A stretch of 64,000 nt of DNA from Dehalococcoidales bacterium (lineage in GTDB: Bacteria; Chloroflexota; Dehalococcoidia; Dehalococcoidales; Fen-1064): the NCBI GenBank assembly GCA_020342155.1, contig CP070842.1, forward strand, positions 1,172,594-1,236,593. The letters are read 5' to 3'. The translations under genes and the position numbers were made by a program. The notes under the pieces were generated by a model. It searched no databases, had not been told where the DNA came from, and was given only the letters and a program-made list of their open reading frames with translations. Each line of letters begins with the position of its first letter. The stretch's first letter is position 1. Positions 21,284 through 29,752 of this stretch are shown one piece after another.

Positions 21284-22279
21284 ATGCCGGCCAATCTGAC
21301 GCCAGCCTATTTCGAAGCCGAGAAGAGGTTCCGGGCAGCCAAAACTAACCAGGAGAAGATTATTGCCCTGGAAGAGATGCTGGCGGTCATGCCCAAGCAT
21401 AAAGGGACCGACCACCTCAAGGCCGACCTCAGGAGGAAAATCGCCAGGCTAACCCAGGCATCTGAGCGGAAGTCGGCCACACAGCGGGCGTCTATGGTTC
21501 TCCCCAAAGAGGGGGCCGCCCAGGTGGTCATTGTCGGTCTGCCTAATGCCGGCAAGTCGCAGCTTGTGGCCAGTATCACCAAGGCCAACCCCAACGTGGC
21601 GGACTACCCTTTTACCACGCAGAACGCCACCCCTGGGATGATGGAGTTCGAGAACATCAAGATACAGCTTATCGACATGCCGCCGCTCGTCTCTGGTTCA
21701 GTACCGTTCTGGGTACCGCCGATGCTGAGAAGGGCTGATACACTGCTTATCATGGTGGACCTCAACGATAACCCGCTGGACCAGCTCATAGAAATCTCCA
21801 TGCAACTGGAAGAGTTGAGGATTGGCATCGGGGAAAAGAAGCTGGAATCAGAGGAGGAAGAGCCCGGCTGGACATGGAAAAAGGTCCTTATCATCGGCAA
21901 TAAACTAGACCTGGCGGAAGAGAACAGCACCGCCAAGACTGACCTGCAGGCCCTCCGGGATGAATACAAGGATCAGGTGCCAGTCCTGGGTATATCGGCG
22001 AAAAACGGCACCGGCCTGGAAGACCTGCGGCTCAAGGTATTCGAGGTACTGGACATTATCCGGGTCTATACCAAGACACCGGGGCAGAAACCGGACCTTA
22101 ACGACCCCATCGTCCTGGAGCGGGGGAGCACGCTGGCCGACGCCGCCGAGGACGTGCACAAGGACTTCCGCGCCAAGTTGAAGTTTGCCCGTCTCTGGGG
22201 CTCGGGAAAGCACGACGGCGTCATGGTGAAGCGGGACCACGTGCTGGAGGACGGCGATGTCATTGAACTGCATATCTAG
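21284..22279 (+). CDS. OBG/DRG-type GTP-binding protein with a C-terminal TGS domain
   Basis: 331 aa. G1 is GLPNAGKS, G2 region is YPFTT, G3 is DMPP and G4 is NKLD. TGS-like C-terminus (IRVYTK...GDVIELHI). Confidence 0.85.
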   Translation: MPANLTPAYFEAEKRFRAAKTNQEKIIALEEMLAVMPKHKGTDHLKADLRRKIARLTQASERKSATQRASMVLPKEGAAQVVIVGLPNAGKSQLVASITKANPNVADYPFTTQNATPGMMEFENIKIQLIDMPPLVSGSVPFWVPPMLRRADTLLIMVDLNDNPLDQLIEISMQLEELRIGIGEKKLESEEEEPGWTWKKVLIIGNKLDLAEENSTAKTDLQALRDEYKDQVPVLGISAKNGTGLEDLRLKVFEVLDIIRVYTKTPGQKPDLNDPIVLERGSTLADAAEDVHKDFRAKLKFARLWGSGKHDGVMVKRDHVLEDGDVIELHI

Positions 22280-22338
22280 CCATTTGACAGTCCGGCAAGG
22301 GTGGGAGTAGCATAGCGGCAGAGGACGGAGGAATTTTC

Positions 22339-23175
22339 GTGAATATCCTGGTAACCAACGATGACGGTATCGATGCCCCGGGACTATGGGCACTCGCCGA
22401 GGCGATGAACCGGGTTGGCGATACTATGGTCGTTGCCCCCGATAAGGAGCAGAGCGGCGTCGGCACGTCCGTCTCCCTACACAGCGGTGTGAAAGTCGAT
22501 GAGGTGCCTTCAAAAGTATCCGGTGTCGAAGCCTATGCCGTCGAAGGCACGCCGAGCGATTGCGTGATTGTCGGCCTCCGCCAGCTGGCCAAGGGACGAC
22601 ATATCGACATGGTTATCTCCGGGATTAATCCCGGGGCCAATACCGGTCGGGATATCCCCTACTCCGGTACTGTCATGGCTACGCTCCAGGGCTACTTCCG
22701 CAGGATACCGTCGATAGCCGTGTCCCTGGCCTATCGAGGACGTAGCGAAGAGCTACGCTACGATGTCGCCGCCAGGGTAGCCGAGTCACTGGCACACCGT
22801 GTAGAGGGCGGCAATATGCCGACCGACGTTATTATCAACACCAACATCCCCAATATCCCCCTGGCCGAAATCAAGGGCATGGTCACCACGCGGGCCGCCA
22901 CCGGCTCCTACTACAGCATCCCCCGGGGCAGGGGGAGCGAGAATACGAACCTATCGGTGCGTAATCTACCGACCATAGCCGACCTCCCTCATCATTCGGT
23001 TGGTGGCGTGGAACGGGTCATCGATGAAGGGACCGACATCTGGGCAATATTGTCCGACATGATATCGATTACGCCGCTGCGCATCGATGTTACCGACCAT
23101 GACTCCCTGACAGCCCTGGAAGAACACGTCACGGCGCTGCAGTCCGACCTGCTTGGAGACGGTAAGAGGATATAG
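22339..23175 (+). CDS. surE: 5'/3'-nucleotidase SurE
   Basis: MNILVTNDDGIDAPG N-terminus and GINPGANTG motif. GTG start. Confidence 0.92.
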   Translation: MNILVTNDDGIDAPGLWALAEAMNRVGDTMVVAPDKEQSGVGTSVSLHSGVKVDEVPSKVSGVEAYAVEGTPSDCVIVGLRQLAKGRHIDMVISGINPGANTGRDIPYSGTVMATLQGYFRRIPSIAVSLAYRGRSEELRYDVAARVAESLAHRVEGGNMPTDVIINTNIPNIPLAEIKGMVTTRAATGSYYSIPRGRGSENTNLSVRNLPTIADLPHHSVGGVERVIDEGTDIWAILSDMISITPLRIDVTDHDSLTALEEHVTALQSDLLGDGKRI

Positions 23176-23184
23176 GAGACGGCG

Positions 23185-23400
23185 ATGCCGATACGACCGA
23201 GCTGGTACGAAGACTACTGGGAAAAGCAGGACAAGAGCACTTCGAATAAGGTGAGGACGACCTGTCCCCGCTGCGGGAGCTCCAAGACCTATTACAACCA
23301 GCAGTACCAGACCTGGCGCTGCGGCCGCTGCGAGCACTCCTTTATTATTGAGGGCATGGGCCGGAGGCCCTGGTGGAAGCGGCTTTTCGGTAGGGGGTGA
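23185..23400 (+). CDS. Small zinc-ribbon protein
   Basis: 71 aa. CPRCGS...CGRCEH, a pair of CxxC motifs. Confidence 0.55.
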   Translation: MPIRPSWYEDYWEKQDKSTSNKVRTTCPRCGSSKTYYNQQYQTWRCGRCEHSFIIEGMGRRPWWKRLFGRG

Positions 23401-23480
23401 GAACGACCCACCCTCTCACCCCTTTCTTCAGTACATCAACTAATTTCAGTTAAAACTCCGCAACATAAGGACAACAGTCA

Positions 23481-23534
23481 ATGCTCCAAAATAATAAACC
23501 TCAAAAACCCCCGTTAAGACCCCTGAAGAGGTGA
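23481..23534 (+). repeat. Diverged copy of the trmH-family gene start (17 codons plus TGA), in frame with the downstream MBL gene
   Basis: ATGCTCCAAAATAATAAACCTCAAAAACCCCCGTTAAGACCCCTGAAGAGG versus 24801-24850 ATGCCCCAAAAATCTAATCCTCAAAAACCACCATTAAAGCCACTGAAATGG. 38/50 identical, ungapped, counted by eye. Peptides are MLQNNKPQKPPLRPLKR* versus MPQKSNPQKPPLKPLKW. Confidence 0.6.
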
Positions 23535-23537
23535 GAG

Positions 23538-24764
23538 ATGCTGGAGAGGAAAACTGGTATTCCCCTGGCTCCGCAGGAGCTGGACAAACAGAAGATTACC
23601 AGTGATATCTATACCGTCCAGCACAGCGTTGTCGGACAGGACGCCCACACGGCTTACACGAGCTGGGTAATCACCGAGGACGGTGTTGTGATAATCGACC
23701 CTGGCAGCTACCGGGTGTGCACCATGCTCAGGGAGGAAATGGACAAGGCCGGCCAACCAGTCAGGTATCTCATCTATACTCACGCGCATGGCGACCACAT
23801 TGGCGGTGCTGCTGCCTTTCTTGAGCAAGAACCAAAGGTCATCGCTCACGAAAACGCACTTGAGCGGCTACGCCGGTATGAAGTGACTGCCGGATACATC
23901 CGGCGTATCAACAGCATCCAGTTCCATTTCAATATTCCGGCCGGTATTCCGCCGCGGCGCTTCCCATCGGTCCATCCTACCGATACATATCATCACGAGT
24001 ACCGTTTTGAGCTGGGCGGGAAGACTTTCGAGCTGTTCCACGCTAAGGGTGAGACCGACGATTCCACTGTTATCTGGGTACCGCAGCTTAAAGCCGTCTT
24101 CCTCGGTGATTTGCTTGAGGCTTCCTTTCCCAACCTGGGCAACCCTTTCAAGGTGATGCGCTATGCCCACGAGTGGGCTATAGCGTTGGAAAAGGCTCTA
24201 GCTCTTAAACCCGAATTTGCTATCGGCGGTGACTGCGTTCTGACCAATAACAGGGAAATCAATGAAGTCCTGAGCGTGAATATTGAGCTGTTCAACTACC
24301 TGGAAGAATCCGTTGTCCGGGCAGCCAATGATGGTAAAAACCTGGAACAGATGATTGAAGAAATTCAGCTCCCGCCTCACCTGGCCGACAGCCCTTATCT
24401 GAAACAGGTCTATTCCCGGCGGGAGTTTGCCATCTACAATATCTGGCGGCGTTATTGCGGCTACTTTGACTTCTCGCCATCGGGGCTGCTACCGCGACCC
24501 AGGCGGGAGGTCGCCGGGGTGGTACGTCAGTTGATTGGTAACGACCAGGCCATTCTGCACAGGGCTGAGGAGTTGATGTACCAGGGTCAGTTGCAGCTCG
24601 CTCTGGAAACGCTGGATGTTATCCTGAAAGTGGACTACGAGGATATGGCAGCGCGCAGACTGAGGCATGAGATACTCCAGAAGATGGCGGAGACCGACGA
24701 ATGTTTGATGTCCCGCAATGTCTGGGTCTACTACCTTGAAGAGGACGAAAGCTTTCTGGGGTAA
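23538..24764 (+). CDS. MBL-fold metallo-hydrolase with an alkyl-sulfatase-type dimerisation domain
   Basis: 408 aa. HAHGDH motif. The C-terminal half resembles the alkyl-sulfatase dimerisation region. No SCP2 tail. Confidence 0.85.
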   Translation: MLERKTGIPLAPQELDKQKITSDIYTVQHSVVGQDAHTAYTSWVITEDGVVIIDPGSYRVCTMLREEMDKAGQPVRYLIYTHAHGDHIGGAAAFLEQEPKVIAHENALERLRRYEVTAGYIRRINSIQFHFNIPAGIPPRRFPSVHPTDTYHHEYRFELGGKTFELFHAKGETDDSTVIWVPQLKAVFLGDLLEASFPNLGNPFKVMRYAHEWAIALEKALALKPEFAIGGDCVLTNNREINEVLSVNIELFNYLEESVVRAANDGKNLEQMIEEIQLPPHLADSPYLKQVYSRREFAIYNIWRRYCGYFDFSPSGLLPRPRREVAGVVRQLIGNDQAILHRAEELMYQGQLQLALETLDVILKVDYEDMAARRLRHEILQKMAETDECLMSRNVWVYYLEEDESFLG

Positions 24765-24800
24765 GAAGGCTGATAGGGTCATCGGAAAGGGTAATTATTT

Positions 24801-25577
24801 ATGCCCCAAAAATCTAATCCTCAAAAACCACCATTAAAGCCACTGAAATGGTACCGGAAGCTGGCCGCCCGGAAGGGTCGGCTGGAAGCTGATGCCTTTA
24901 TCGTCGAGGGGGAGCGGGCGGTGAGGCAGGTCGTGGAAAGCCTGCCCGAGGAGGTACTCGAAATCGTCACGGTGGAAGGGATAGCCACCCCCTATCCCCA
25001 CTACCCCCTCCGGACGGTAACCGAGAGCCAGTTCCGCAGCATCTCCCAGGCACAGACCCCCCAGGGGCTCCTGGCCGTTGTCCGGCCACCCTGGCAGACC
25101 TATACCGACAGCGTACCCATAGACCCCGGTACGAGACTGCTCCTGCTGGACGACATCCAGGACCCAGGTAATGTCGGCACGCTCATCCGCACCGCCGCCG
25201 CCTTCGGCTTCTCCGGCGTCATCCTCACCGATAAAAGCGCCGACCCCTTTTCACCAAAGTGCGTGCAGGCCTCTGCCGGCAGTATTCTGTCAGTCTGGCT
25301 GCGAAGGACAGACGAGTACCTGAGGATGGTACAGGCACTGAAGAAGCGGGGCTATTTCGTGCTGGCCGCCGACCTCAACGGCAAGGAAGACACGTCGGTA
25401 TTCGATAAACGGAGATTGTTACTGCTGGCACTGGGGAATGAGGCTGCCGGACTCTCCGAGGAGATGCTGGCTGCGTCCGACTACCAGCTCAGGGTCCCCA
25501 TCGTCCGCGACAAGGCGGAGTCACTTAATGTCGCCACCTGTGGGGCAATCCTTATGTACCTGGTTACCCGGAAGTAG
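24801..25577 (+). CDS. TrmH/SpoU-family RNA 2'-O-methyltransferase
   Basis: 258 aa. Motifs DPGNVGTLIRTAAAFG, LGNEAAGLS and ESLNVATCGAILMY. Confidence 0.88.
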   Translation: MPQKSNPQKPPLKPLKWYRKLAARKGRLEADAFIVEGERAVRQVVESLPEEVLEIVTVEGIATPYPHYPLRTVTESQFRSISQAQTPQGLLAVVRPPWQTYTDSVPIDPGTRLLLLDDIQDPGNVGTLIRTAAAFGFSGVILTDKSADPFSPKCVQASAGSILSVWLRRTDEYLRMVQALKKRGYFVLAADLNGKEDTSVFDKRRLLLLALGNEAAGLSEEMLAASDYQLRVPIVRDKAESLNVATCGAILMYLVTRK

Positions 25578-26453
25578 CTACTGACCGGCACCGGTGGTAG
25601 AGGCCCTCCTGGCCTGATACCTCGTTTCACCCTTACTGAAGAGCCTTTCCTCTTCCTCGGTGGCAATTATCAGCGGCGGTACCCCGGTCGGCCTGCCCTC
25701 AGCATCAAGGGCCACCATGACTACATAGGCGGTCAACGCCTCGACCCTCTGGCCGGCAAGGAGGTCTTCCATTTCAAGCCGGACCTGCACCTCCATCGAG
25801 GAGCGGCTGGTGAAGGTGAGTCGCCCGCGAATAATTACCAGGCTGCCGACACGGACCGGACTGCGGAAAACGATATCATCAACCCGGCCGGTGACGATAT
25901 TGGTACGGCAGTGACGGGTAGCCACGACGCCAGCGGCATTGTCCATCAACTTCATCAGCTCGCCGCCGTGGACAAAGCCGGCCGGATTTGCCTGATTGGG
26001 CAACATCACCTGTGCCATCTCGACCGCCGAATGGCCTACCGTCCTGCCCTCGAATTCCCCGCCTTTCTCCAGCCCCTCGCGTAGCTTGTGATAGTTCGCC
26101 TCATGCCTCGCCTCAACCTTACTCATGCGGCGGAAGAAATTGGCAATCTCGGTAAAGCCCTCTGCCTCAGCGGTCTCGGCTGCTTTGGGATAGAAATGGG
26201 TGGCCTCGAGATGCTCACCCTTAATTGCCTGCTCCAGATTTTCCACGATGTCACCAAGGCCACCAAGGAACTCGAACTCATGCCGGGCATGTTCGGCCTC
26301 ATTCATGGCCGTGGCGGCAAACAGGTCGGCAATCTGCTCCAGACCGGCCTGCCTGGCAGCGTCGGCAAAGTAGCGATAGCGAGCACTGACACCCACCTCC
26401 GCCGAAAAGGCCTTCAACAGGACTTCCTCGGTCTTGCTTCCCTTCAGTTCCAT
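25578..26453 (-). CDS. Fusion protein: rubrerythrin-like diiron domain plus acyl-CoA thioesterase (hotdog) domain
   Basis: The N-terminal ~135 aa carry two ExxH motifs (NEAEHARH, KVEARHEA) and no rubredoxin CxxC pairs. The C-terminal ~150 aa match the YciA/BFIT-type hotdog pattern (MLPNQANPAGFVHGGELMKLMDNAAG...SSMEVQV). Confidence 0.85.
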   Translation of the reverse strand: MELKGSKTEEVLLKAFSAEVGVSARYRYFADAARQAGLEQIADLFAATAMNEAEHARHEFEFLGGLGDIVENLEQAIKGEHLEATHFYPKAAETAEAEGFTEIANFFRRMSKVEARHEANYHKLREGLEKGGEFEGRTVGHSAVEMAQVMLPNQANPAGFVHGGELMKLMDNAAGVVATRHCRTNIVTGRVDDIVFRSPVRVGSLVIIRGRLTFTSRSSMEVQVRLEMEDLLAGQRVEALTAYVVMVALDAEGRPTGVPPLIIATEEEERLFSKGETRYQARRASTTGAGQ

Positions 26454-26467
26454 AACACTCCCCCCTC

Positions 26468-27316
26468 CTAGAGTACGAACTTCTCCACTGCGGCGGCCAC
26501 GCCGTTGTGCTCGACATCGGGAACAATATGGTCGGCCACGGCCTTCAACTCCTCATGGGCATTACCGACAGCAATCGCCAACCCGGCCGTTGACAACAAC
26601 GAGATGTCATTGGTACCATCACCGATAGCCACAACCTGAGACAGCGGTATCCCCAGAAACGCAACCAGCTCCTCCAGGGCCCTGCCTTTGGACACCTCAC
26701 GGCTGATAATATTCACAAAGTCCGCATCCGGATAGACCGGTGTCTTTGCCCACGTGAAGTTTAGACGGCCCTCAAAGTATCGGCAGAAAAGGTGGGCTTG
26801 CGCCTTCTCTTCCTCGGAGCGTATCACCAGTGTCCCCTTAATAATCCGCTGCCGCTGCCAGAGCTGGTTCAAGTCCGTGACGGTCGGTTCGAGCCCGAAG
26901 AACTCGCGGCGTATTTCGGTCCCCCAGTCTTCCTGCTTGACGAACAAATGCATAGACGAAAAGAGTTCGATCCTCATTTCCTGCTGATAAGCGAACTCGG
27001 CCATCTCCTTCACCAGTTCCGGTGCTACCGGTTCAACGTAGACCTCTTTATCACCATGAGTGTCGGACACCAGGGCACCATCGAAGAAGACATGATATCC
27101 ATCAAGCGAAAGTAACTCAAGAGTCTTCTGACAGGCCTGAGTCACCCGTCCCGTTGACAGGGAGACCTGGACACCTGCCTGTCTGGCACTGGCCAGTGCC
27201 TGCCTGTCCGCGTCAGAAATAACACCGGCCTGGTTTATCAGCGTACCATCAATATCCACAACCAGGAGATGGGGGCGGTCTGTCAAGCCTTTTTCCTCCA
27301 CATTCTTCAATAGCAA
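26468..27316 (-). CDS. Cof-type HAD-IIB family hydrolase
   Basis: 282 aa. VVDIDGTL motif I, STGR motif II and GDGTNDISLL motif IV. Confidence 0.85.
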   Translation of the reverse strand: MLLKNVEEKGLTDRPHLLVVDIDGTLINQAGVISDADRQALASARQAGVQVSLSTGRVTQACQKTLELLSLDGYHVFFDGALVSDTHGDKEVYVEPVAPELVKEMAEFAYQQEMRIELFSSMHLFVKQEDWGTEIRREFFGLEPTVTDLNQLWQRQRIIKGTLVIRSEEEKAQAHLFCRYFEGRLNFTWAKTPVYPDADFVNIISREVSKGRALEELVAFLGIPLSQVVAIGDGTNDISLLSTAGLAIAVGNAHEELKAVADHIVPDVEHNGVAAAVEKFVL

Positions 27317-27342
27317 ACGATTGGATTATGTCAACCCACAGA

Positions 27343-27372
27343 TTGACGGGCAGGTTCTGACTATGCTATATT
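27343..27372 (+). promoter_or_regulatory. Candidate promoter for tRNA-Met
   Basis: TTGACG (27343-27348), an 18-nt spacer, then an extended -10 TGCTATATT (27364-27372). The tRNA 5' end lies 11 nt downstream. Confidence 0.5.
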
Positions 27373-27382
27373 TGACCCGCAT

Positions 27383-27455
27383 GGCAGCGTAGCTCAGTTG
27401 GTAGAGCAGAGGACTCATAAGCCTCGGGTCGTGGGTTCGAATCCCTCCGCTGCCA
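27383..27455 (+). tRNA. tRNA with CAU anticodon (elongator Met or Ile2), CCA not encoded
   Basis: Hand fold: GGCAGCG/TA/GCTC/AGTTGGTA/GAGC/A/GAGGA/CTCATAA/GCCTC/GGGTC/GTGGG/TTCGAAT/CCCTC/CGCTGCC/A. G1:C72 argues against an initiator. Two non-Watson-Crick pairs: A31-G39 and U50-U64. Confidence 0.9.
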
Positions 27456-27492
27456 GTTTTTATTTCGCCTGGCTAACACCAAATTATAGCAT
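27430..27492 (+). repeat. Repeat copy A: tRNA-Met T-arm/acceptor 3' part plus 3' flank (the functional gene end)
   Basis: CGTGGGTTCGAATCCCTCCGCTGCCAGTTTTTATTTCGCCTGGCTAACACCAAATTATAGCAT. Confidence 0.8.
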
Positions 27493-27538
27493 AACACCAG
27501 ACTTCGAGACGGCTTTCAATAAGAGGGATGAGTTAGAA

Positions 27539-28447
27539 ATGAGTATAATAACTTTTGCAACCATGTCCACCCAGAATAACCTCACGCGAGCCATTATATT
27601 ATTTGACAGCCTGCGAACGTTTGGCGGCGAACTTGCGGATTCTCATTGTATTATGCTTATCTCAGAGAAGGGAGAGCCTTTACCCGATAAAACAAGAGAG
27701 CAACTTAGTGCGCTAGATGTTAACCTAGTACATTTTGATATGGACAAGGGAGCCTTACGGTTTCCACTCGCTTCGCTGGTGTATGCCGCAGCCAGAGCAG
27801 AGCAGCAGGTACGGGATGAAACCGAAATATTGGTCTGGATGAATGAGGACACTCTGATAGTTAACCCGCCAGTGGGCTTTCTACTCGAAGAAGGTGTTAA
27901 TTTTGCGTATAGACCGGTACACCATACCAGGATTGGCTCAGTATACGATAAGCCCCTAGATGATTTCTGGTCAATGATATATCAGCACTGCGGTGTTACT
28001 GGAATAAATGCATTTCCGATGGAAACCTGCACTAGGGATAATGTCATCAGAGCATACTTCAACGCTGGTTTACTTGCTGTGAGACCGAAGCAGAGCCTCC
28101 TTGCGACATGGCTTGACTATTTTGAGCGACTATATCAGCATCCCGATTTTATACCATTCTTCAAGGATGACGTTCTTTATATGATATTCATGCACCAAGC
28201 AGTGCTATCAGGCGTTGTCCTGAGCATGTTTCAGAAAGACGAATTACTGGAACTCCCAGAGACCTTTAATTATCCACTCCATCTTCACCAAGAGTATCCT
28301 ATCGAATACCAACCTCAGGAACTTAATAATCTAATCACCTGCCGCTACGAAGGCATCGAAGATTTACGGAATTCCTTGAAGGCGATTCCAGCAGAAGAAC
28401 CCTTAAAAAGCTGGCTTGATGAGAGAATAGGGCTAACCGATATGTGA
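27539..28447 (+). CDS. Hypothetical protein, possibly a GT8-like nucleotide-diphospho-sugar transferase
   Basis: The track ORF (27398) reads through the tRNA, so ATG 27539 after AAGAGGGA is preferred. FNAGLLAVRP resembles the GT8 FN(S/A)G motif. The assignment is weak. Confidence 0.65.
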   Translation: MSIITFATMSTQNNLTRAIILFDSLRTFGGELADSHCIMLISEKGEPLPDKTREQLSALDVNLVHFDMDKGALRFPLASLVYAAARAEQQVRDETEILVWMNEDTLIVNPPVGFLLEEGVNFAYRPVHHTRIGSVYDKPLDDFWSMIYQHCGVTGINAFPMETCTRDNVIRAYFNAGLLAVRPKQSLLATWLDYFERLYQHPDFIPFFKDDVLYMIFMHQAVLSGVVLSMFQKDELLELPETFNYPLHLHQEYPIEYQPQELNNLITCRYEGIEDLRNSLKAIPAEEPLKSWLDERIGLTDM

Positions 28448-28452
28448 TAGCT

Positions 28453-28509
28453 TGTTTCCATCCTATGCTACCTTTCATTTCTTACCAAAGTACCTGCTTG
28501 ATTACAACA
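28453..28509 (+). repeat. Repeat copy B (degenerate)
   Basis: GTTTCCATCCTATGCTACCTTTCATTTCTTACCAAAGTACCTGCTTGATTACAACAT aligns to copy D (...GCTGCCAGTTTTTATTTCTCACCTAAGCACCTGCCTGATTATAGCAT). Confidence 0.55.
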
Positions 28510-28683
28510 TTACCTATGCGAATTGATCCGAACGCCTACACAATAAAAAGACTAGTAGAAATTTAGCGACCTGCTAGCCCAGTCACCTGTAGTGTCAGTA
28601 CTGGTATTCTACTCCGGAAAATTAACGTAATTAATTGTATAATGTGGAAAACAGAAATTTGCTTGAGGTGGGGGGAAGTAATA

Positions 28684-28875
28684 ATGTCTGAAATGAAGCA
28701 AACAATTCTTGAATCGTGGCCAGCCTTAAAAGAAAATTTGGGTAGTTTCTTATCTGACACAGACGCCTGGATAATTGCTGAGCTTAAGACTGCACATCAA
28801 GCTAAGGACTGGGAAACAGTATCCAAAATCATAGAGGTAATGGAATTTGTGCACGACATGCACCATTCACATTAA
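28684..28875 (+). CDS. Small hypothetical protein (63 aa)
   Basis: ATG 28684 is preceded by GAGGTGGGGGGAAG. No family recognised. Confidence 0.45.
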   Translation: MSEMKQTILESWPALKENLGSFLSDTDAWIIAELKTAHQAKDWETVSKIIEVMEFVHDMHHSH

Positions 28876-28901
28876 CTAAGCATGGCCCTCATACATTTAG
28901 T

Positions 28902-28964
28902 CGTGGGGTCGAATCCCTCCGCTGCCACTGCCTAGATTTCCCATGCCACCACCAGATTATTTCA
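28902..28964 (+). repeat. Repeat copy C
   Basis: CGTGGGGTCGAATCCCTCCGCTGCCACTGCCTAGATTTCCCATGCCACCACCAGATTATTTCA. Similarity may extend back to CTCATA at 28888-28893, the anticodon loop. Confidence 0.7.
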
Positions 28965-29714
28965 AACAGAGTCGATTCGCTTCCGCATTCTACTCCATGT
29001 GTTTGTAATGAGGAAACTCTCCTCCATGTTGTCAATCATCCGGGTGAATTTGCTAATAGGTACTGATAACGTTATTACATCCGGTGGTACAAAGGGCCTT
29101 GCCGAAGGATCGAACATGCCAACTATTGCCTTAGGATGCTCTGAGTCCTTTTCAAGGTAGGGATACTGCACAATAGTGGAACAGCCAGAACCAAATGGAG
29201 CGGACACCGCATTTCTATCAACTTCATCAAATCGGGCAAGGGTGAAGAGTCCTGATAGAACGTCAGGTTTCGCATAAAAAATGACAACTTCTGGATTATC
29301 TGATTCCTCTAACCTGTCCCATCTCTTGAACACTATAAACCGACCTGGTGCTTGAAATGTTGGCGTGTTCTTCATTATCTCCTTAACAAGCTCCGGTGAT
29401 TTACAGTAACGTTCGCCCTCCAGTCTTCCCGGAATCCCATAGGAGAGGAAATATTCAAAACCAGGCATGATACCCTCAGCAAATCCAAGATATCTTTTCC
29501 CTCCAGGACAACCGATCGAGTCTGCGTCAAAATATAGAGAATTCCCTTTCCTCACATCCGTTAACGCACCAATCACACACCTAGACACAGACTCTGGCTC
29601 AACCGACTGCGCATGTCCTTCCTCATCCGTGTAATAGAAAGTAATGGGTAGTTCGGCACCACCAAAGTACTTGCTCCAAAGCCGGGTGAATGTGTCCCTG
29701 GTATGCATGTCCAT
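28962..29714 (-). CDS. DUF169-family protein
   Basis: 250 aa. Typical DUF169 pattern (ITFYYTDE...CVIGAL...GCPGGKRYLGF). Confidence 0.85.
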   Translation of the reverse strand: MDMHTRDTFTRLWSKYFGGAELPITFYYTDEEGHAQSVEPESVSRCVIGALTDVRKGNSLYFDADSIGCPGGKRYLGFAEGIMPGFEYFLSYGIPGRLEGERYCKSPELVKEIMKNTPTFQAPGRFIVFKRWDRLEESDNPEVVIFYAKPDVLSGLFTLARFDEVDRNAVSAPFGSGCSTIVQYPYLEKDSEHPKAIVGMFDPSARPFVPPDVITLSVPISKFTRMIDNMEESFLITNTWSRMRKRIDSV

Positions 29715-29752
29715 TGAACACCTCCTCGATTATGAATGAGTCAGTAAAAAGG

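Noticed and set aside
23532-23534. The in-frame TGA between the trmH-like leader and the MBL ORF as selenocysteine or programmed read-through.
   Set aside because: No SECIS-like hairpin is evident immediately downstream. An ATG with the MBL N-terminus follows one codon later. A decayed duplicate explains the stop more simply.
27398-27538. N-terminal 47 codons of the 349-aa track ORF (MVEQRTHKPRVVGSNPSAASFYF...).
   Set aside because: This stretch is a translation of the tRNA-Met gene and its flank (VVGSNPS corresponds to GGTTCGAATCCC). The real start is taken as ATG 27539.
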